A stretch of DNA of 64,000 nucleotides from Terriglobia bacterium (GCA_963664115.2 CAXWPJ010000006.1:64001-128000); one strand, 5' to 3'. Positions 17,527 to 27,752 are shown, numbered from the stretch's first letter. Numbers and translations: made by a program. Notes: a model not told the origin generated them from the sequence alone.

Positions 17527-19890
17527 ATGAAGATCACAGACATTCATCTCGATGGGTTTGGCGTCTGGAACGACTGTGGCTGGTCGGAACTGTCTCCGAG
17601 TCTGAACGTGTTTCACGGCCCCAACGAAACCGGTAAGACCACGTTGATGAGTTTCGTGCGCGCAATGCTCTTTGGTTTTGAGCGGCGTACGCACCCCCGC
17701 CGTTATGAGCCGCTGCGGGGAGGTAACCACGGAGGGATTCTCGACGTTCTTGTCCGCGGACAGAAGATTCAGGTCGCAAGGAAGGCAGGCCGTCATGTTC
17801 GCGGAAAGGTCACGATTCGCTCGAGCGACCCGGAAGCGGATGTCGCATCATTCGGGGGTGAGGGCAGTGATGAGCAGGTACTTGAGCGTTTGCTGGGAGG
17901 TACAACGCGGACGCTGTACCACAACGTGTTTGCTTTCGGATTGGAAGAATTGGAGCACTTCCGAACGCTCGAGGAAAGTGACGTTGCTTCACATATATCC
18001 GGGGCGGGCATGGGGGTCGGTGCCAGCCGTTGGAGCCGAGTGTGGAAGGACATCGAAGAGCGTCGGAGTAAGCTGTTCCTTCCCCGCGGACAGAATTCCA
18101 GGATTAACCGCGCGCTGGGGGAGCTGGAATCGGTTCGGGATGAGTTGGAAGCCACCGACGGTGAACCTGAGGATTACCTTGCTGCCGCCGAACAACGAGA
18201 TTTGATCGATGCCGAAATCCACCAGTTTGAGCAACAGTTGGGACCACTCAGAAAGCGAATTGCCCGTTACACGAAGCTCGGAGAAGCCGAACCCAATCAG
18301 AGAAGACGGGCTGAGATCGAAGCGGAGTTGGGGCAACTCGATGAAATCGACAGTTTTCCCCCCGGCGGTGTCGAGAGGCTGAATCTACTGTTGCATCAGG
18401 GTCGTGGGCTCGCCGAGGAGATCGAGAGCCAGCGGGTCGAAACGGAAAGGATACGGGCAGAGCGCCTCGAGCTGGCGTGCAGGTACACACCGCAGGAATT
18501 GATTCGCCGCAGCCGTTCTGTGGATTCGCTCCGGACGCTGTTGCCTCGCAGAGACTTGGCCGAGGAGAGGGTTGCCGATTCTGTCGCAAAGCGGGACGGC
18601 TTTCAAAGCGAGTCGTCTCGAATCCGGTCGCGACGCAACCGAACTCGGCCTCCTTCGCCTCTGGCCACCGCTATATTCATGGCTATCGTTGCCTCGGGTG
18701 CGGTCGGGCTGGTTCTGGCCCGACAGGACATCGCTGGAGGCCTTGTCGTTGCTGTCCTGGCACTCGTGGGTGTCTGGTACTACCGGAGAGGGCAGAAGAC
18801 GGAGGCAGTGAACCGCGAGCTCCAGGCGTCTGAGGGGCGTCTGCGGTCCGCGGAGGACGAACTGTCACGCCTGAAGGCCGAATCCCAGAGAGTGTTTCGG
18901 ACGATAGTCGAGTTGAGCGGTCGGGGCGATTTGTCCTTTGTGGATCTGGAAAGAGAGAACCTGAGAATTCAGGAATTGACGGAAATGGCTGACCGCATTC
19001 GCTCGATAGACGAAACCCTGGTCAACGAAGAGCGCCAGAGGGACCGGATCCGCCGGAGGGTTGAGGCAAACGGAACCGATATCCAGTCTTTATTGAGGCA
19101 AGCGGGGACCGTTTCGGAAAGCGATTTTTTCAAGAGAGCGGAGGTGTTTTTCCAGCGAAAACAGCTTTTCGATGAGTTGGCACGGACGCCTGGTATTGAG
19201 GTTGAGACCGATTCCGAAACGCAGGATATCGAGGCGTTTGATCCCGAGGCTTACCGGAAAACGCTTGCGGAACTTGAACGTGTCGAGGAAGAACTGCGCC
19301 GGGCACGGACCGAGGCTGGAAGGCTGGAAGAAAGGACCTCTGCCCTGGGCCGCAGCGAGGAGCGTTCCCGCGCCCGGCTCCGTCAGGAATCTATCCTGGC
19401 CGGGATTGATGAGGCTGCTGAGGAATGGGCTGTCTTGACGCTTTGCCGCACTTTGTTGGACGAGACACGCCGCATATACGAGACGGAGCGGCAACCTGAG
19501 GTGCTCAGACACGCTTCCGAGTTCTTCTCTTGTATGTCTGGAGGCCGATGGAGTCGGGTCGTCGCTGGGTTGGACGGCGACGATATTTTCGTGGAGTCGG
19601 GGGAGGGAAACCGCGTTTTGCCTGAGAACCTGAGTCGCGGGACGGGCGAGCAGCTGTATTTGTCCATGCGGCTGGCTCTCGTTCGGGAGTATGCCCAGCA
19701 TGTGGAGCCACTCCCAGTGATATTCGATGACATATTCGTCAACTTCGATCCGGAAAGGACACGGCGTTCCGTGGAAGCGGTCCGCGAACTTTCCAGGACC
19801 CACCAAGTACTGCTATTTACCTGCCACCCCCACCTGCTGGAACTCGTTGAGGAAATTGTGCCCGACGCGAAGGTCTATCCACTACAATAG
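17527..19890 (+). CDS. YhaN-like SMC/Rad50-type ATPase with two central TM helices
   Basis: GPNETGKTT, long coiled coils, LSRGTGEQLYLSMRLA, VIFDDIFVNFD, LLFTCH. Confidence 0.92.
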   Translation: MKITDIHLDGFGVWNDCGWSELSPSLNVFHGPNETGKTTLMSFVRAMLFGFERRTHPRRYEPLRGGNHGGILDVLVRGQKIQVARKAGRHVRGKVTIRSSDPEADVASFGGEGSDEQVLERLLGGTTRTLYHNVFAFGLEELEHFRTLEESDVASHISGAGMGVGASRWSRVWKDIEERRSKLFLPRGQNSRINRALGELESVRDELEATDGEPEDYLAAAEQRDLIDAEIHQFEQQLGPLRKRIARYTKLGEAEPNQRRRAEIEAELGQLDEIDSFPPGGVERLNLLLHQGRGLAEEIESQRVETERIRAERLELACRYTPQELIRRSRSVDSLRTLLPRRDLAEERVADSVAKRDGFQSESSRIRSRRNRTRPPSPLATAIFMAIVASGAVGLVLARQDIAGGLVVAVLALVGVWYYRRGQKTEAVNRELQASEGRLRSAEDELSRLKAESQRVFRTIVELSGRGDLSFVDLERENLRIQELTEMADRIRSIDETLVNEERQRDRIRRRVEANGTDIQSLLRQAGTVSESDFFKRAEVFFQRKQLFDELARTPGIEVETDSETQDIEAFDPEAYRKTLAELERVEEELRRARTEAGRLEERTSALGRSEERSRARLRQESILAGIDEAAEEWAVLTLCRTLLDETRRIYETERQPEVLRHASEFFSCMSGGRWSRVVAGLDGDDIFVESGEGNRVLPENLSRGTGEQLYLSMRLALVREYAQHVEPLPVIFDDIFVNFDPERTRRSVEAVRELSRTHQVLLFTCHPHLLELVEEIVPDAKVYPLQ

Positions 19891-19895
19891 GCTCC

Positions 19896-20267
19896 GTGGC
19901 TGACCCAAAGGACGCCCGGGATAATTTCAAGGATGTCGCGATCGAGGATGGTACGTTCAAGGACACGCGCACCTTGGTCCGATTTTCCGGGGACAAGATG
20001 CAGAAAGTACCTCTTTTCGGATCCGAGAGGTACTTCTGTGACCTGTATTGCCTGCAACCGGGACAGCACCAGCGAATTCACAGCCACTCCGAATCTGACA
20101 AAATCTACTATGTGATTGAGGGGCGGGGGATGCTCCACATCGCGGGAGAAGAACGCGAGTGTACTGCCGGGGATGCTATCATCGCGCGACCGGGGGAAGA
20201 GCACGGCGTGAAAAATGAGAGTGAAATCAATCTGGTATTGCTTGTCTTCATGACTCCACGGCCCTAG
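19896..20267 (+). CDS. Cupin domain protein
   Basis: HSHSESDKIYYVIEG…PGEEHGV; its TAG stop lies within the IS-flanking CTAG. Confidence 0.85.
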   Translation: MADPKDARDNFKDVAIEDGTFKDTRTLVRFSGDKMQKVPLFGSERYFCDLYCLQPGQHQRIHSHSESDKIYYVIEGRGMLHIAGEERECTAGDAIIARPGEEHGVKNESEINLVLLVFMTPRP

Positions 20268-22116
20268 CCCCTGAACAAGCGTGATTGACGAGGAAATGAT
20301 AGTGCAATAAGAGCGGAAGTACCCGAAATGCCCCCTCTCCGTGCGAAAAAAACCTTGAACAGATTCTTCGGAAAAGGAGGCATTTCAGATGAACGATTAT
20401 ACGCGCAAGAACATGAGGAACCGCAAGCGGCGAATCGAACGTCGGCTTGGGGACCGGCATTGGACGGATCAGGTAGAGCCGATGTTTTCGGCGAGCAACA
20501 TTCAGTACGAGATGGGAGAGCGGACGCGGGGCACATCGGTTGGTGGTATCGGGACGATGCAACTGGTGGCGCGGCGGACCGGGCTGATCGAAGCCATCGA
20601 CAAGGGCGTGCATGTGTTGAAGCGGCACCTGCCGTATCACGAGTCGGATCACGTGCTGAACATCGCCTACAACGCCTTGAGCGGAGGAACGTGCCTGGAA
20701 GACATCGAACTGCGGCGCAACGATGCGGTGTATCTGGATGCGCTGGGAGCGCAACGGATTCCGGATCCGACGACGGCGGGAGACTTCTGCCGGAGATTCG
20801 AGGCCGACGACGTGGAGTGTCTGATGGAGGCAACCAATCAAGTCCGGCTCGGAGTCTGGCGACAGCAACCGGCGGCGTTTTTCGAAGAAGCGGTGTTGGA
20901 CGCGGACGGGACACTGGCCGAAACCACGGGGGAATGCAAGCAAGGGATGGACGTGGCCTACGACGGGACGTGGGGATATCACCCGCTGATGATCTCGCTG
21001 GCCAACACCGCCGAACCGCTGTATCTGGTCAATCGTAGCGGCAACCGGCCGTCGCATGAAGGAGCCGCGGTCCGGTTCGACCAAGCCATCGCATTGTGCC
21101 GGCATGCGGGGTTTCGCCAGATCCTGCTGCGCGGGGACACGGACTTCAGCCAGACCCGGCATCTGGACGGATGGGACGACCAGCAGGTGGGTTTCATATT
21201 CGGGATTGACGCGATGGCGAACCTGAAGGCCCGGGCCGATGAACTGGAGCCGCGCCAGTGGAAGCGCCTGGAACGGCCCGCGAAATACGACGTGGCGACC
21301 GAACCGCGCCAACGTCCCGACAACGTGAAGGAAGAGATCGTTCGGCAGCGCGGTTTCGACAATATCCGCTTGCAGGGTGAGGATGTGGCCGAGTTTCGGT
21401 ATCGACCCGGAGCCTGCGATCGGGACTACCGTGTCGTCGTGGTGCGGAAGAATCTGTCGGTGGCCAAAGGAGAGCAGGTGTTGTTTGACGACATCCGGTA
21501 CTTCTTCTACATTACCAACCGTTCGGATCCGGCCGACCAGATTGTGATGCGTGCCAATCAACGGTGCAATCAGGAGAATCTCATTGAGCAGTTGAAGAAC
21601 GGCGTTCAGGCGTTGCGGATGCCGGTCGGAGATCAGACCAGCAACTGGGCCTACATGGTGATCGCGTCACTGGCCTGGACACTGAAAGCGTGGTTTGCAT
21701 TGCTGCTTCCCGAAACCGGACGTTGGGGCCAAAAATATCAGGCTGAGAAGCAAACCGTGCTGCGCATGGAGTTCAAAACCTTCTTGAACGCTTTCATGCT
21801 TGTGCCGTGCCAACTCGTGCGCACCGGGCGGCGCATTCTGTTCCGGATCCTGGCCTGGAACCGGTGGTTGCCGGTCTTGTTCCGCGGGGTGGATGTGTTG
21901 CGTCAGCCTCTGCGATGTTGACCCGATCATGACTCTGAGCCCGGGCGATCGAGGTCCCGGTTTCTGTCAACCGTCCAACACCAGCGAGGCTGAACTGAAA
22001 CAGATTCAACAGAAACTCGATACCTGGAACAGGCCATCCGGGAACGGGATTCTATGCCTCGAATTCTATCGGCGCGAACTGGGCCTCGGCGGACTGGTTA
22101 TGCGCTTGTTTTGGGA
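20268..22116 (+). mobile_element. IS1380-family insertion sequence flanked by CTAG
   Basis: Left end CTAG|CCCCTGAACAAGCG; right end (reverse complement) CTAG|TCCCAAAACAAGCG; single 510-aa transposase. Confidence 0.88.
20389..21921 (+). CDS. tnp: IS1380-family DDE transposase
   Basis: IPDPTTAGDFCRRF, LDADGT, GYHPL, LRGDTDF, YITN, RCNQENLIEQLK; AAAGGAGG RBS. Confidence 0.93.
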   Translation: MNDYTRKNMRNRKRRIERRLGDRHWTDQVEPMFSASNIQYEMGERTRGTSVGGIGTMQLVARRTGLIEAIDKGVHVLKRHLPYHESDHVLNIAYNALSGGTCLEDIELRRNDAVYLDALGAQRIPDPTTAGDFCRRFEADDVECLMEATNQVRLGVWRQQPAAFFEEAVLDADGTLAETTGECKQGMDVAYDGTWGYHPLMISLANTAEPLYLVNRSGNRPSHEGAAVRFDQAIALCRHAGFRQILLRGDTDFSQTRHLDGWDDQQVGFIFGIDAMANLKARADELEPRQWKRLERPAKYDVATEPRQRPDNVKEEIVRQRGFDNIRLQGEDVAEFRYRPGACDRDYRVVVVRKNLSVAKGEQVLFDDIRYFFYITNRSDPADQIVMRANQRCNQENLIEQLKNGVQALRMPVGDQTSNWAYMVIASLAWTLKAWFALLLPETGRWGQKYQAEKQTVLRMEFKTFLNAFMLVPCQLVRTGRRILFRILAWNRWLPVLFRGVDVLRQPLRC

Positions 22117-22185
22117 CTAGCATGGATTTCCGAATAGGATGAAGTCCCGCTCCGGAGTACCGGCATCCGGCGGGGAGGTTTGGAT

Positions 22186-23235
22186 ATGGGACGAAACGCA
22201 CAGTTGATTCGCCAGTGGGCGATCCTCAAGCAGATCGAAAGCACGCGCTGGAGCACAATTCCCCAACTGGCTTCGCGCCACACCGTTTCGACGAAGACTA
22301 TTCGTCGGGATCTGGCGGCGCTTATGGAAGCAGGGTTTCCTCTCTATGACGAACGCTATGATGGGAAGGTCTACTGGCGCCTGGCCGAAGATTACAAGGG
22401 ACTTCCCTTAGCGAACCTATCTCTTTCAGAGTTGGCGGCGCTGTACTTCAGTAGAAATGTCGTCGGAGCTTTGGCCGCACCGCCCTTTTCGGAAGACATC
22501 GATTCGGCCTTCAAGAAGATTGAAGGGGCACTGCCGGAAAAGAACATTGCCTTCTTCGACAGCCTGGATTCGATGATATCTGTCCGTGCCGATGCGCCAA
22601 AGGATCTCGAAGCGCACAAGCAAACGGTTCAAACCCTGATGGACGCGATGAGCGGGGACCATCGCATACGAATGGACTATTTTTCAGTCCACAGCCAGAA
22701 GCGGAAGACCTACACCGTGCACCCCTATCGTTTGATGTATTTTCGGGGTGGCCTCTACCTGTTCGGATTCGTGGAAGAATACGATCAGATCCGCACCTTC
22801 GCTGTCGAAAGGATCGAGGAACTTGAGAAACTGGCGGACACCTTCGAGAAACCGTCGGACTTTTCCGTTGAAACCTATCTTGAATCTTCGTTCGGTCTTG
22901 TGAAAGAGGACCCGTTTGACGTCGAAATTCTATTCAAACCGGACGTCGCCTCTTACGTGCGTTCCCGCCTGTGGCACCCCTCACAAGAAGTGCGCGAGGT
23001 GGGCGGCGGCGAAATCGTGATGCACCTCCATGTGGGCGGTGAATTTGAATTGAGTGCCTGGATATTGAGTTTCGGTCCATCCGCAATTGTCCTGTCGCCG
23101 GAGAAACTGCGTCGACGTGTCGAATCCGATCTGGCCCGGACGTTGGACAGTTATCGTGTCGAGGTCACAGTGGCCCCTTCACGTGCCAAGTCCAAGAGGA
23201 AATCGCGTAAGGCGCAGGGTGCCTCAAAGCGTTAG
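22186..23235 (+). CDS. HTH-WYL transcriptional regulator (PafB/DriD-like)
   Basis: VSTKTIRRDL HTH; VHPYRL…LYLFGF…IRTFAVERI WYL domain; WILSFG…PEKLR C-terminal domain; GGAGG RBS. Confidence 0.92.
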   Translation: MGRNAQLIRQWAILKQIESTRWSTIPQLASRHTVSTKTIRRDLAALMEAGFPLYDERYDGKVYWRLAEDYKGLPLANLSLSELAALYFSRNVVGALAAPPFSEDIDSAFKKIEGALPEKNIAFFDSLDSMISVRADAPKDLEAHKQTVQTLMDAMSGDHRIRMDYFSVHSQKRKTYTVHPYRLMYFRGGLYLFGFVEEYDQIRTFAVERIEELEKLADTFEKPSDFSVETYLESSFGLVKEDPFDVEILFKPDVASYVRSRLWHPSQEVREVGGGEIVMHLHVGGEFELSAWILSFGPSAIVLSPEKLRRRVESDLARTLDSYRVEVTVAPSRAKSKRKSRKAQGASKR

Positions 23236-23328
23236 GGGATTTACAGGTACAGAGCCCTGTTCTCCTGACACGCTACGTTTGAATTCTCCCGTTCATCGGG
23301 AAGATCAGCCTTTGACCCGAATTCCCTG

Positions 23329-24720
23329 ATGTGGCATGAAGACATTCTCGCCGTGATTGGCAACACGCCGCTGGTTCGCCTGAACAAGGTAAGCCGCGGC
23401 CTCGCCCCCACCATTCTGGCAAAGCTCGAATACATGAATCCTGGAGGTAGCGTAAAGGATCGTATAGGGATCCAGATGCTCGAGGACGCAGAAAAACAGG
23501 GTCAGATCACCCCAGGCGGCACGATCATCGAAGGGACCTCGGGTAATACCGGCATGGGCCTGGCGCTCGCGGCTGCTGTCAAAGGGTACCAGTGCATTTT
23601 CACGATGCCGGACAAGATGAGTCAGGAGAAGATCGATGCGCTCAGGGCCCTGGGAGCGAAAGTCATCGTCACCCCGACTCAGGTTGAACACAACGATCCC
23701 CGGAGCTACCATTCTGTTGCACGTCGTCTGAACCGGGAAATTCCAAACAGTATATTTCCGGACCAGTATTCAAACATGTCCAACACCGAGGCCCATTACC
23801 TGACGACGGGACCGGAAATCTGGGAACAAACCGGGGGCAAAGTAACACACGTGGTTGTTGGCGTGGGCACAGGGGGCACGATCAGTGGTACGGCCCGCTT
23901 TCTTAAGGAGAAGAATTCGGACATTCGTGTTATTGGCGTAGATCCCGTGGGCTCGATCTTCGTCGAGATGTTTCGAACCGGCGTACGACCGGATCCCCAA
24001 CCTTACAAGGTGGAAGGCATCGGGCAGGACGAGAAGCCGCTCAACCTGGACTTTGAAGTGGTTGATGAAATGTATTCGGTATCCGACAAGGATTCATTTG
24101 TAATGACGCGCAAACTGGCGCGGATGGAGGGCGTTTTCGCCGGCGGTTCTTCGGGCTCAGCCGTCCACATAGCGCTCGAGTGTGCCAGCAGGCTCGACGA
24201 GAGTGCGCTGATGGTGGTGATCATCGCGGATTCCGGTACGCGGTACCTGAGTAAGATTTACAACGACAACTGGATGAGGGAGAACCAGTACTTCGAACAG
24301 ACCTTGAACATCCGGGCGAGTGAAGTCGTCGAAAGCAAGAAGCGCCGGGTTGCGGGGCTACTTTCAATTCCCTTGGCGACGTCCGTTCAAGATGCAGTCA
24401 GCCTGATGCGGGAACACGCCATATCTCAGATTCCCATCTTCGAAAGCGACAGTGTTTTGGGAAGCATAAGCGAGGCCCGCATACTGGATACACTGATCGC
24501 GGATCCGGCTGCACGTAACAAACCGGTCGCCGAGTATATGGAAGAGCCGTTTCCGGTCCTGCCAAAAGAGGCCTCGATCAACATGGTCGCCGAACACATG
24601 AAACAGAACACGACAGCCGTCCTTGTCCAGTTGGAGAACGGCTTCGATATCATCACGAAGTCCGACCTGATTCTGTTCCTGACCCGCCTTCAGTCAACGT
24701 CGGAAGACCCCCTCCGTTAG
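23329..24720 (+). CDS. cbs: Cystathionine beta-synthase with C-terminal CBS pair
   Basis: IGNTPLV, KLEYMNPGGSVKDR, GTSGNTG, GTGGT, VEGIG, RYLSKIYNDNW, followed by CBS domains. Confidence 0.92.
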   Translation: MWHEDILAVIGNTPLVRLNKVSRGLAPTILAKLEYMNPGGSVKDRIGIQMLEDAEKQGQITPGGTIIEGTSGNTGMGLALAAAVKGYQCIFTMPDKMSQEKIDALRALGAKVIVTPTQVEHNDPRSYHSVARRLNREIPNSIFPDQYSNMSNTEAHYLTTGPEIWEQTGGKVTHVVVGVGTGGTISGTARFLKEKNSDIRVIGVDPVGSIFVEMFRTGVRPDPQPYKVEGIGQDEKPLNLDFEVVDEMYSVSDKDSFVMTRKLARMEGVFAGGSSGSAVHIALECASRLDESALMVVIIADSGTRYLSKIYNDNWMRENQYFEQTLNIRASEVVESKKRRVAGLLSIPLATSVQDAVSLMREHAISQIPIFESDSVLGSISEARILDTLIADPAARNKPVAEYMEEPFPVLPKEASINMVAEHMKQNTTAVLVQLENGFDIITKSDLILFLTRLQSTSEDPLR

Positions 24721-24791
24721 ATAACTCAGAAACGGCGGAAGACCTTCGCTTCACCTGAACCACTCCAAATTGACGAAACATTCGGAGCTTA

Positions 24792-24873
24792 AACACGAAG
24801 GCACGCAGATCACGAAGTCCCTGATTTTCGTTCTTCGTGTTCCTCCGTTGACATCGAGAGCTTCGTGTTGAAA
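24792..24873. repeat. Intergenic CACGAAG-type inverted-repeat element
   Basis: AACACGAAGGCACGCAGATCACGAAG … CTTCGTGTTCCTCCG…CTTCGTGTTGAAA. Confidence 0.75.
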
Positions 24874-25010
24874 TGTATTAGCGTCGTTACGATTGGAGTT
24901 CTCTCATGTTATATTCGATAGTAGGTGTAGCCCGTCAGAGCATTTCGTACGAAATACCCTAAAAAACTAAGAGACACTTTTCTAATCAGAACGATCTGAA
25001 GGAGGATCGA

Positions 25011-25376
25011 ATGAGTGAGAAAGTGTCGGCAGAGAATCGGGTACGAGAGATTCGTCGAAAGACGCGCAAGAAGTACTCGTCTGAGGAGAAAGTGCGGATC
25101 GTGTTGGAAGGGTTGCGAGGCGAAGAGAGCATCGCAGAACTGTGCCGACGCGAAGGGATTCCGTCAAATCTGTATTACCGGTGGAGCAAGGACTTCCTGG
25201 AGGCGGGGAAGAAACGGCTGGCTGGGGACACGAAGCGGGAAGCGACATCGAGCGAAGTCACCGAGTTGCGGCAGGAAAACGATCAGTTGAAGCAGGTCGT
25301 GGCCGAAATACTGCTAAAGAATCGTTTTCTGAAAAAAACGTTGAACGTAACGGACTCCGAGAGCATCGATATATGA
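25011..25376 (+). CDS. IS OrfA (HTH transposase N-terminal part)
   Basis: KYSSEEKVRIVLEGLRG…IAELCRREGI…YYRW; A7 run at 25332-25338. Confidence 0.9.
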   Translation: MSEKVSAENRVREIRRKTRKKYSSEEKVRIVLEGLRGEESIAELCRREGIPSNLYYRWSKDFLEAGKKRLAGDTKREATSSEVTELRQENDQLKQVVAEILLKNRFLKKTLNVTDSESIDI

Positions 25377-26356
25377 GGCAATCGGGATCTGAGAAGCTGG
25401 AGACGATCCGAGTGGTGGAAGACTCGGAGTTGTCGGTGACAGCGACCCTCCGGGAGCTGGGCGTCCCCCGCAGCACGTTCTACGGTTGGTATCGACGATA
25501 CAAAGAGCGTGGCGCAGCCGGCTTGTTAGATCGGCATTCCGGCCCCGGCTTCTGCTGGAACCGGATTCCGGGACCGGTGCGGGAACAGGTGGTCGAAACC
25601 GCGTTGAACCACCCGGAAGCCTCACCGCGGGAACTGGCCTGGCAGATCACCGACACCCAGGACTACTTCATCTCCGAATCCAGCGTGTATCGGATTCTGA
25701 AGAGATGCGACCTGATCACCAGTCCCGCATACATCGTGATGACGGCCAGCGATCACTTCCAGCAGCCAACCCGGCGTGTGAACGAACTCTGGCAAACTGA
25801 TTTCACTTACTTCAGGGTCGTCGGTTGGGGTTGGTACTACCTGTCGACCGTGCTGGACGATTACTCTCGCTACATCATCGCCTGGAAGCTCTTTCAAACC
25901 ATGGCCGCATCTGACGTTCAGGACACGCTGGACGTTGCACTACAGGCGACAGATGTCGGACAAGTACAAGTCCGGCACCGACCGCGATTGTTGAGCGACA
26001 ACGGCCCCTGCTACGTATCGCACGAACTCAAAGACTATTTACAACGTCGTGGTATGGAACACACCCGGGGTGCGCCCTATCACCCGATGACACAGGGCAA
26101 GATCGAACGCTATCACCGTTCGATGAAGAACGTGGTCAAGTTGGAACACTACTATTATCCGTGGGAACTTGAGCAGGCGATCGCGCAATGGGTCGAACAC
26201 TACAACCACCATCGGTATCACGAATCTCTGAACAACGTGACACCGGCTGACGTGTTCTTCGGGAGGGATCAGCAGATCCTTGCACGTCGTGACCAGATCA
26301 AAAGAAAAACGCTGGCTCGACGCAAAATCGAGAACCTTAGGATTGGAGTGGTATAA
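25373..26356 (+). CDS. IS OrfB (integrase-core DDE transposase)
   Basis: WQTDFT, LDDYSR, LSDNG, PMTQGKIER, YNHHRYHESL; in the -1 frame relative to OrfA. Confidence 0.92.
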   Translation: MRQSGSEKLETIRVVEDSELSVTATLRELGVPRSTFYGWYRRYKERGAAGLLDRHSGPGFCWNRIPGPVREQVVETALNHPEASPRELAWQITDTQDYFISESSVYRILKRCDLITSPAYIVMTASDHFQQPTRRVNELWQTDFTYFRVVGWGWYYLSTVLDDYSRYIIAWKLFQTMAASDVQDTLDVALQATDVGQVQVRHRPRLLSDNGPCYVSHELKDYLQRRGMEHTRGAPYHPMTQGKIERYHRSMKNVVKLEHYYYPWELEQAIAQWVEHYNHHRYHESLNNVTPADVFFGRDQQILARRDQIKRKTLARRKIENLRIGVV

Positions 26357-26789
26357 CTTCAAAACCGTCTCTTAGCTAAATGGTCTTTTTGTCCGAATTA
26401 TTCTGACGACGTACAGTAAGTCGGCTGACCACCTATTTCTTCCCGTCCTTGAGGTGTACGATCCGCTCCTGCGTTGCGTTCATTGCAACGTGTTCGCTTA
26501 CCAGGAAACCGTAAAACAACTGGCCAAGAGACGCCCGTATCCCGTTGATGATGAAGCGCGTATCCCTCTCAGAGCGACACCCTTTTTACAGCGCTATCTG
26601 CAGCGACGTCTCAGTCGACATCTACAGCGATTGTGGCTTACGCTTGTAAAGGTCTGGCCTTCGATGTTCCCGGGAAAGTCCGCTGACTCGCGCGCCCGCG
26701 CCGCCCATTAGACCGCCCTGGGCCCCACCCGCAACGGATTGTCACTTTACGGTAGACTTAAAGTCTAGTCTTTAGATTGGAGAGAGTCT

Positions 26790-27752
26790 GTGACGTCCAG
26801 CTTGTCTCGAACAATCCCCATAGAAGAGCGTTACAGGGAACTCCACCTGAGATATCCGGCCCTGGATCTGATCGGAAACACGCGGATGGTTGAATTGACT
26901 TGTTTTCGTGAGGAACTCCCTGGCGTCCGCATTTACGCCAAGACGGAGTACACGAATCCAGGTGGAAGTCTGAAGGATAGACCGGTACGCAGAATGATGT
27001 TGGAAGCGGTGATGTCGGGTGAACTCACCGAGGGCCGGGCAATTCTTGATTCCAGCTCCGGTAATGCGGGGATCGCTTACGCGATGATAGGCGCAATGAT
27101 GAAGATTCCCGTGCACATCGTCATTCCCGGGAATGCCAGCAAGGAGCGCAAGCTTAGGATCCGTTCGCATGGCGCGACGCTGATCGAGACCGACCCGATC
27201 GAGGGATACGACGAGGCTTTACGCGAGTGCCATCGAATCGCTCAAGCGGAATCCGACCGCTATTTCCACTGCGATCAGTATTCCAATGACCATAACTGGC
27301 TGGCTCACTATCACACAACCGCACCCGAAATCCTGGCGCAGACGGATGGAAAGATTACCCACTTCGTTACGGGCGTCGGCACGGGCGGCACGCTGACTGG
27401 GGTCGGGAAGCGGCTGAAGGAAGAGGATCCTGGTATTGAAGTCGTGCAGATCATCCCAGAGGATTTTCCCGGCATCGAAGGGCTGAAACCGCTAGAGGCT
27501 CCGGGCGACATCATTCCCAAGATACTCGATACCCGTGTGGTCGATACCAAGGTTCGGGTTTCGAGCGACGACTCGGCAAAAATGTGCGCGCTCATGGCTC
27601 GTGACGGCATCTTCGCTGGGCAATCTTCCGGGGCTTATCTGCAGGGTGTCTACGAAACAGGGCGTCGCATCGGAGAAGGGACGATCGTTACCCTGCTCAA
27701 CGATATTGGTGAGAGGTATATGAGTACGGCATTGTGGGACAGCTCCGTATAG
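26790..27752 (+). CDS. PLP-dependent cysteine synthase family protein (CysM/CysK-like)
   Basis: IGNTRMV, NPGGSLKDR, SSSGNAG, GTGGT, IEGLK, GERYMST. Confidence 0.92.
   Translation: MTSSLSRTIPIEERYRELHLRYPALDLIGNTRMVELTCFREELPGVRIYAKTEYTNPGGSLKDRPVRRMMLEAVMSGELTEGRAILDSSSGNAGIAYAMIGAMMKIPVHIVIPGNASKERKLRIRSHGATLIETDPIEGYDEALRECHRIAQAESDRYFHCDQYSNDHNWLAHYHTTAPEILAQTDGKITHFVTGVGTGGTLTGVGKRLKEEDPGIEVVQIIPEDFPGIEGLKPLEAPGDIIPKILDTRVVDTKVRVSSDDSAKMCALMARDGIFAGQSSGAYLQGVYETGRRIGEGTIVTLLNDIGERYMSTALWDSSV

Larger units (their letters stand above)
24926..26415 (+). mobile_element. IS3/IS481-like insertion sequence (TGT…ACA ends, orfA/orfB)
   Basis: Left end TGTAGCCCGTCAGAGCATTTCGTAC; right end (reverse complement) TGTACGTCGTCAGAATAATTCGGAC; both have CTAAGAGAC further in; flanks GTAGG / GTAAG. 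Confidence 0.9.

Noticed and set aside
20248-21561. 437-aa antisense ORF inside IS1380, and other long shadow ORFs such as 30069-31262
   Set aside because: They overlap well-supported genes and are explained by GC-rich codon bias; no motifs.
26454-26711. 85-aa ORF with CxxC after the IS
   Set aside because: GTG start without a well-spaced RBS, atypical composition and no family match; not supportable from sequence alone.
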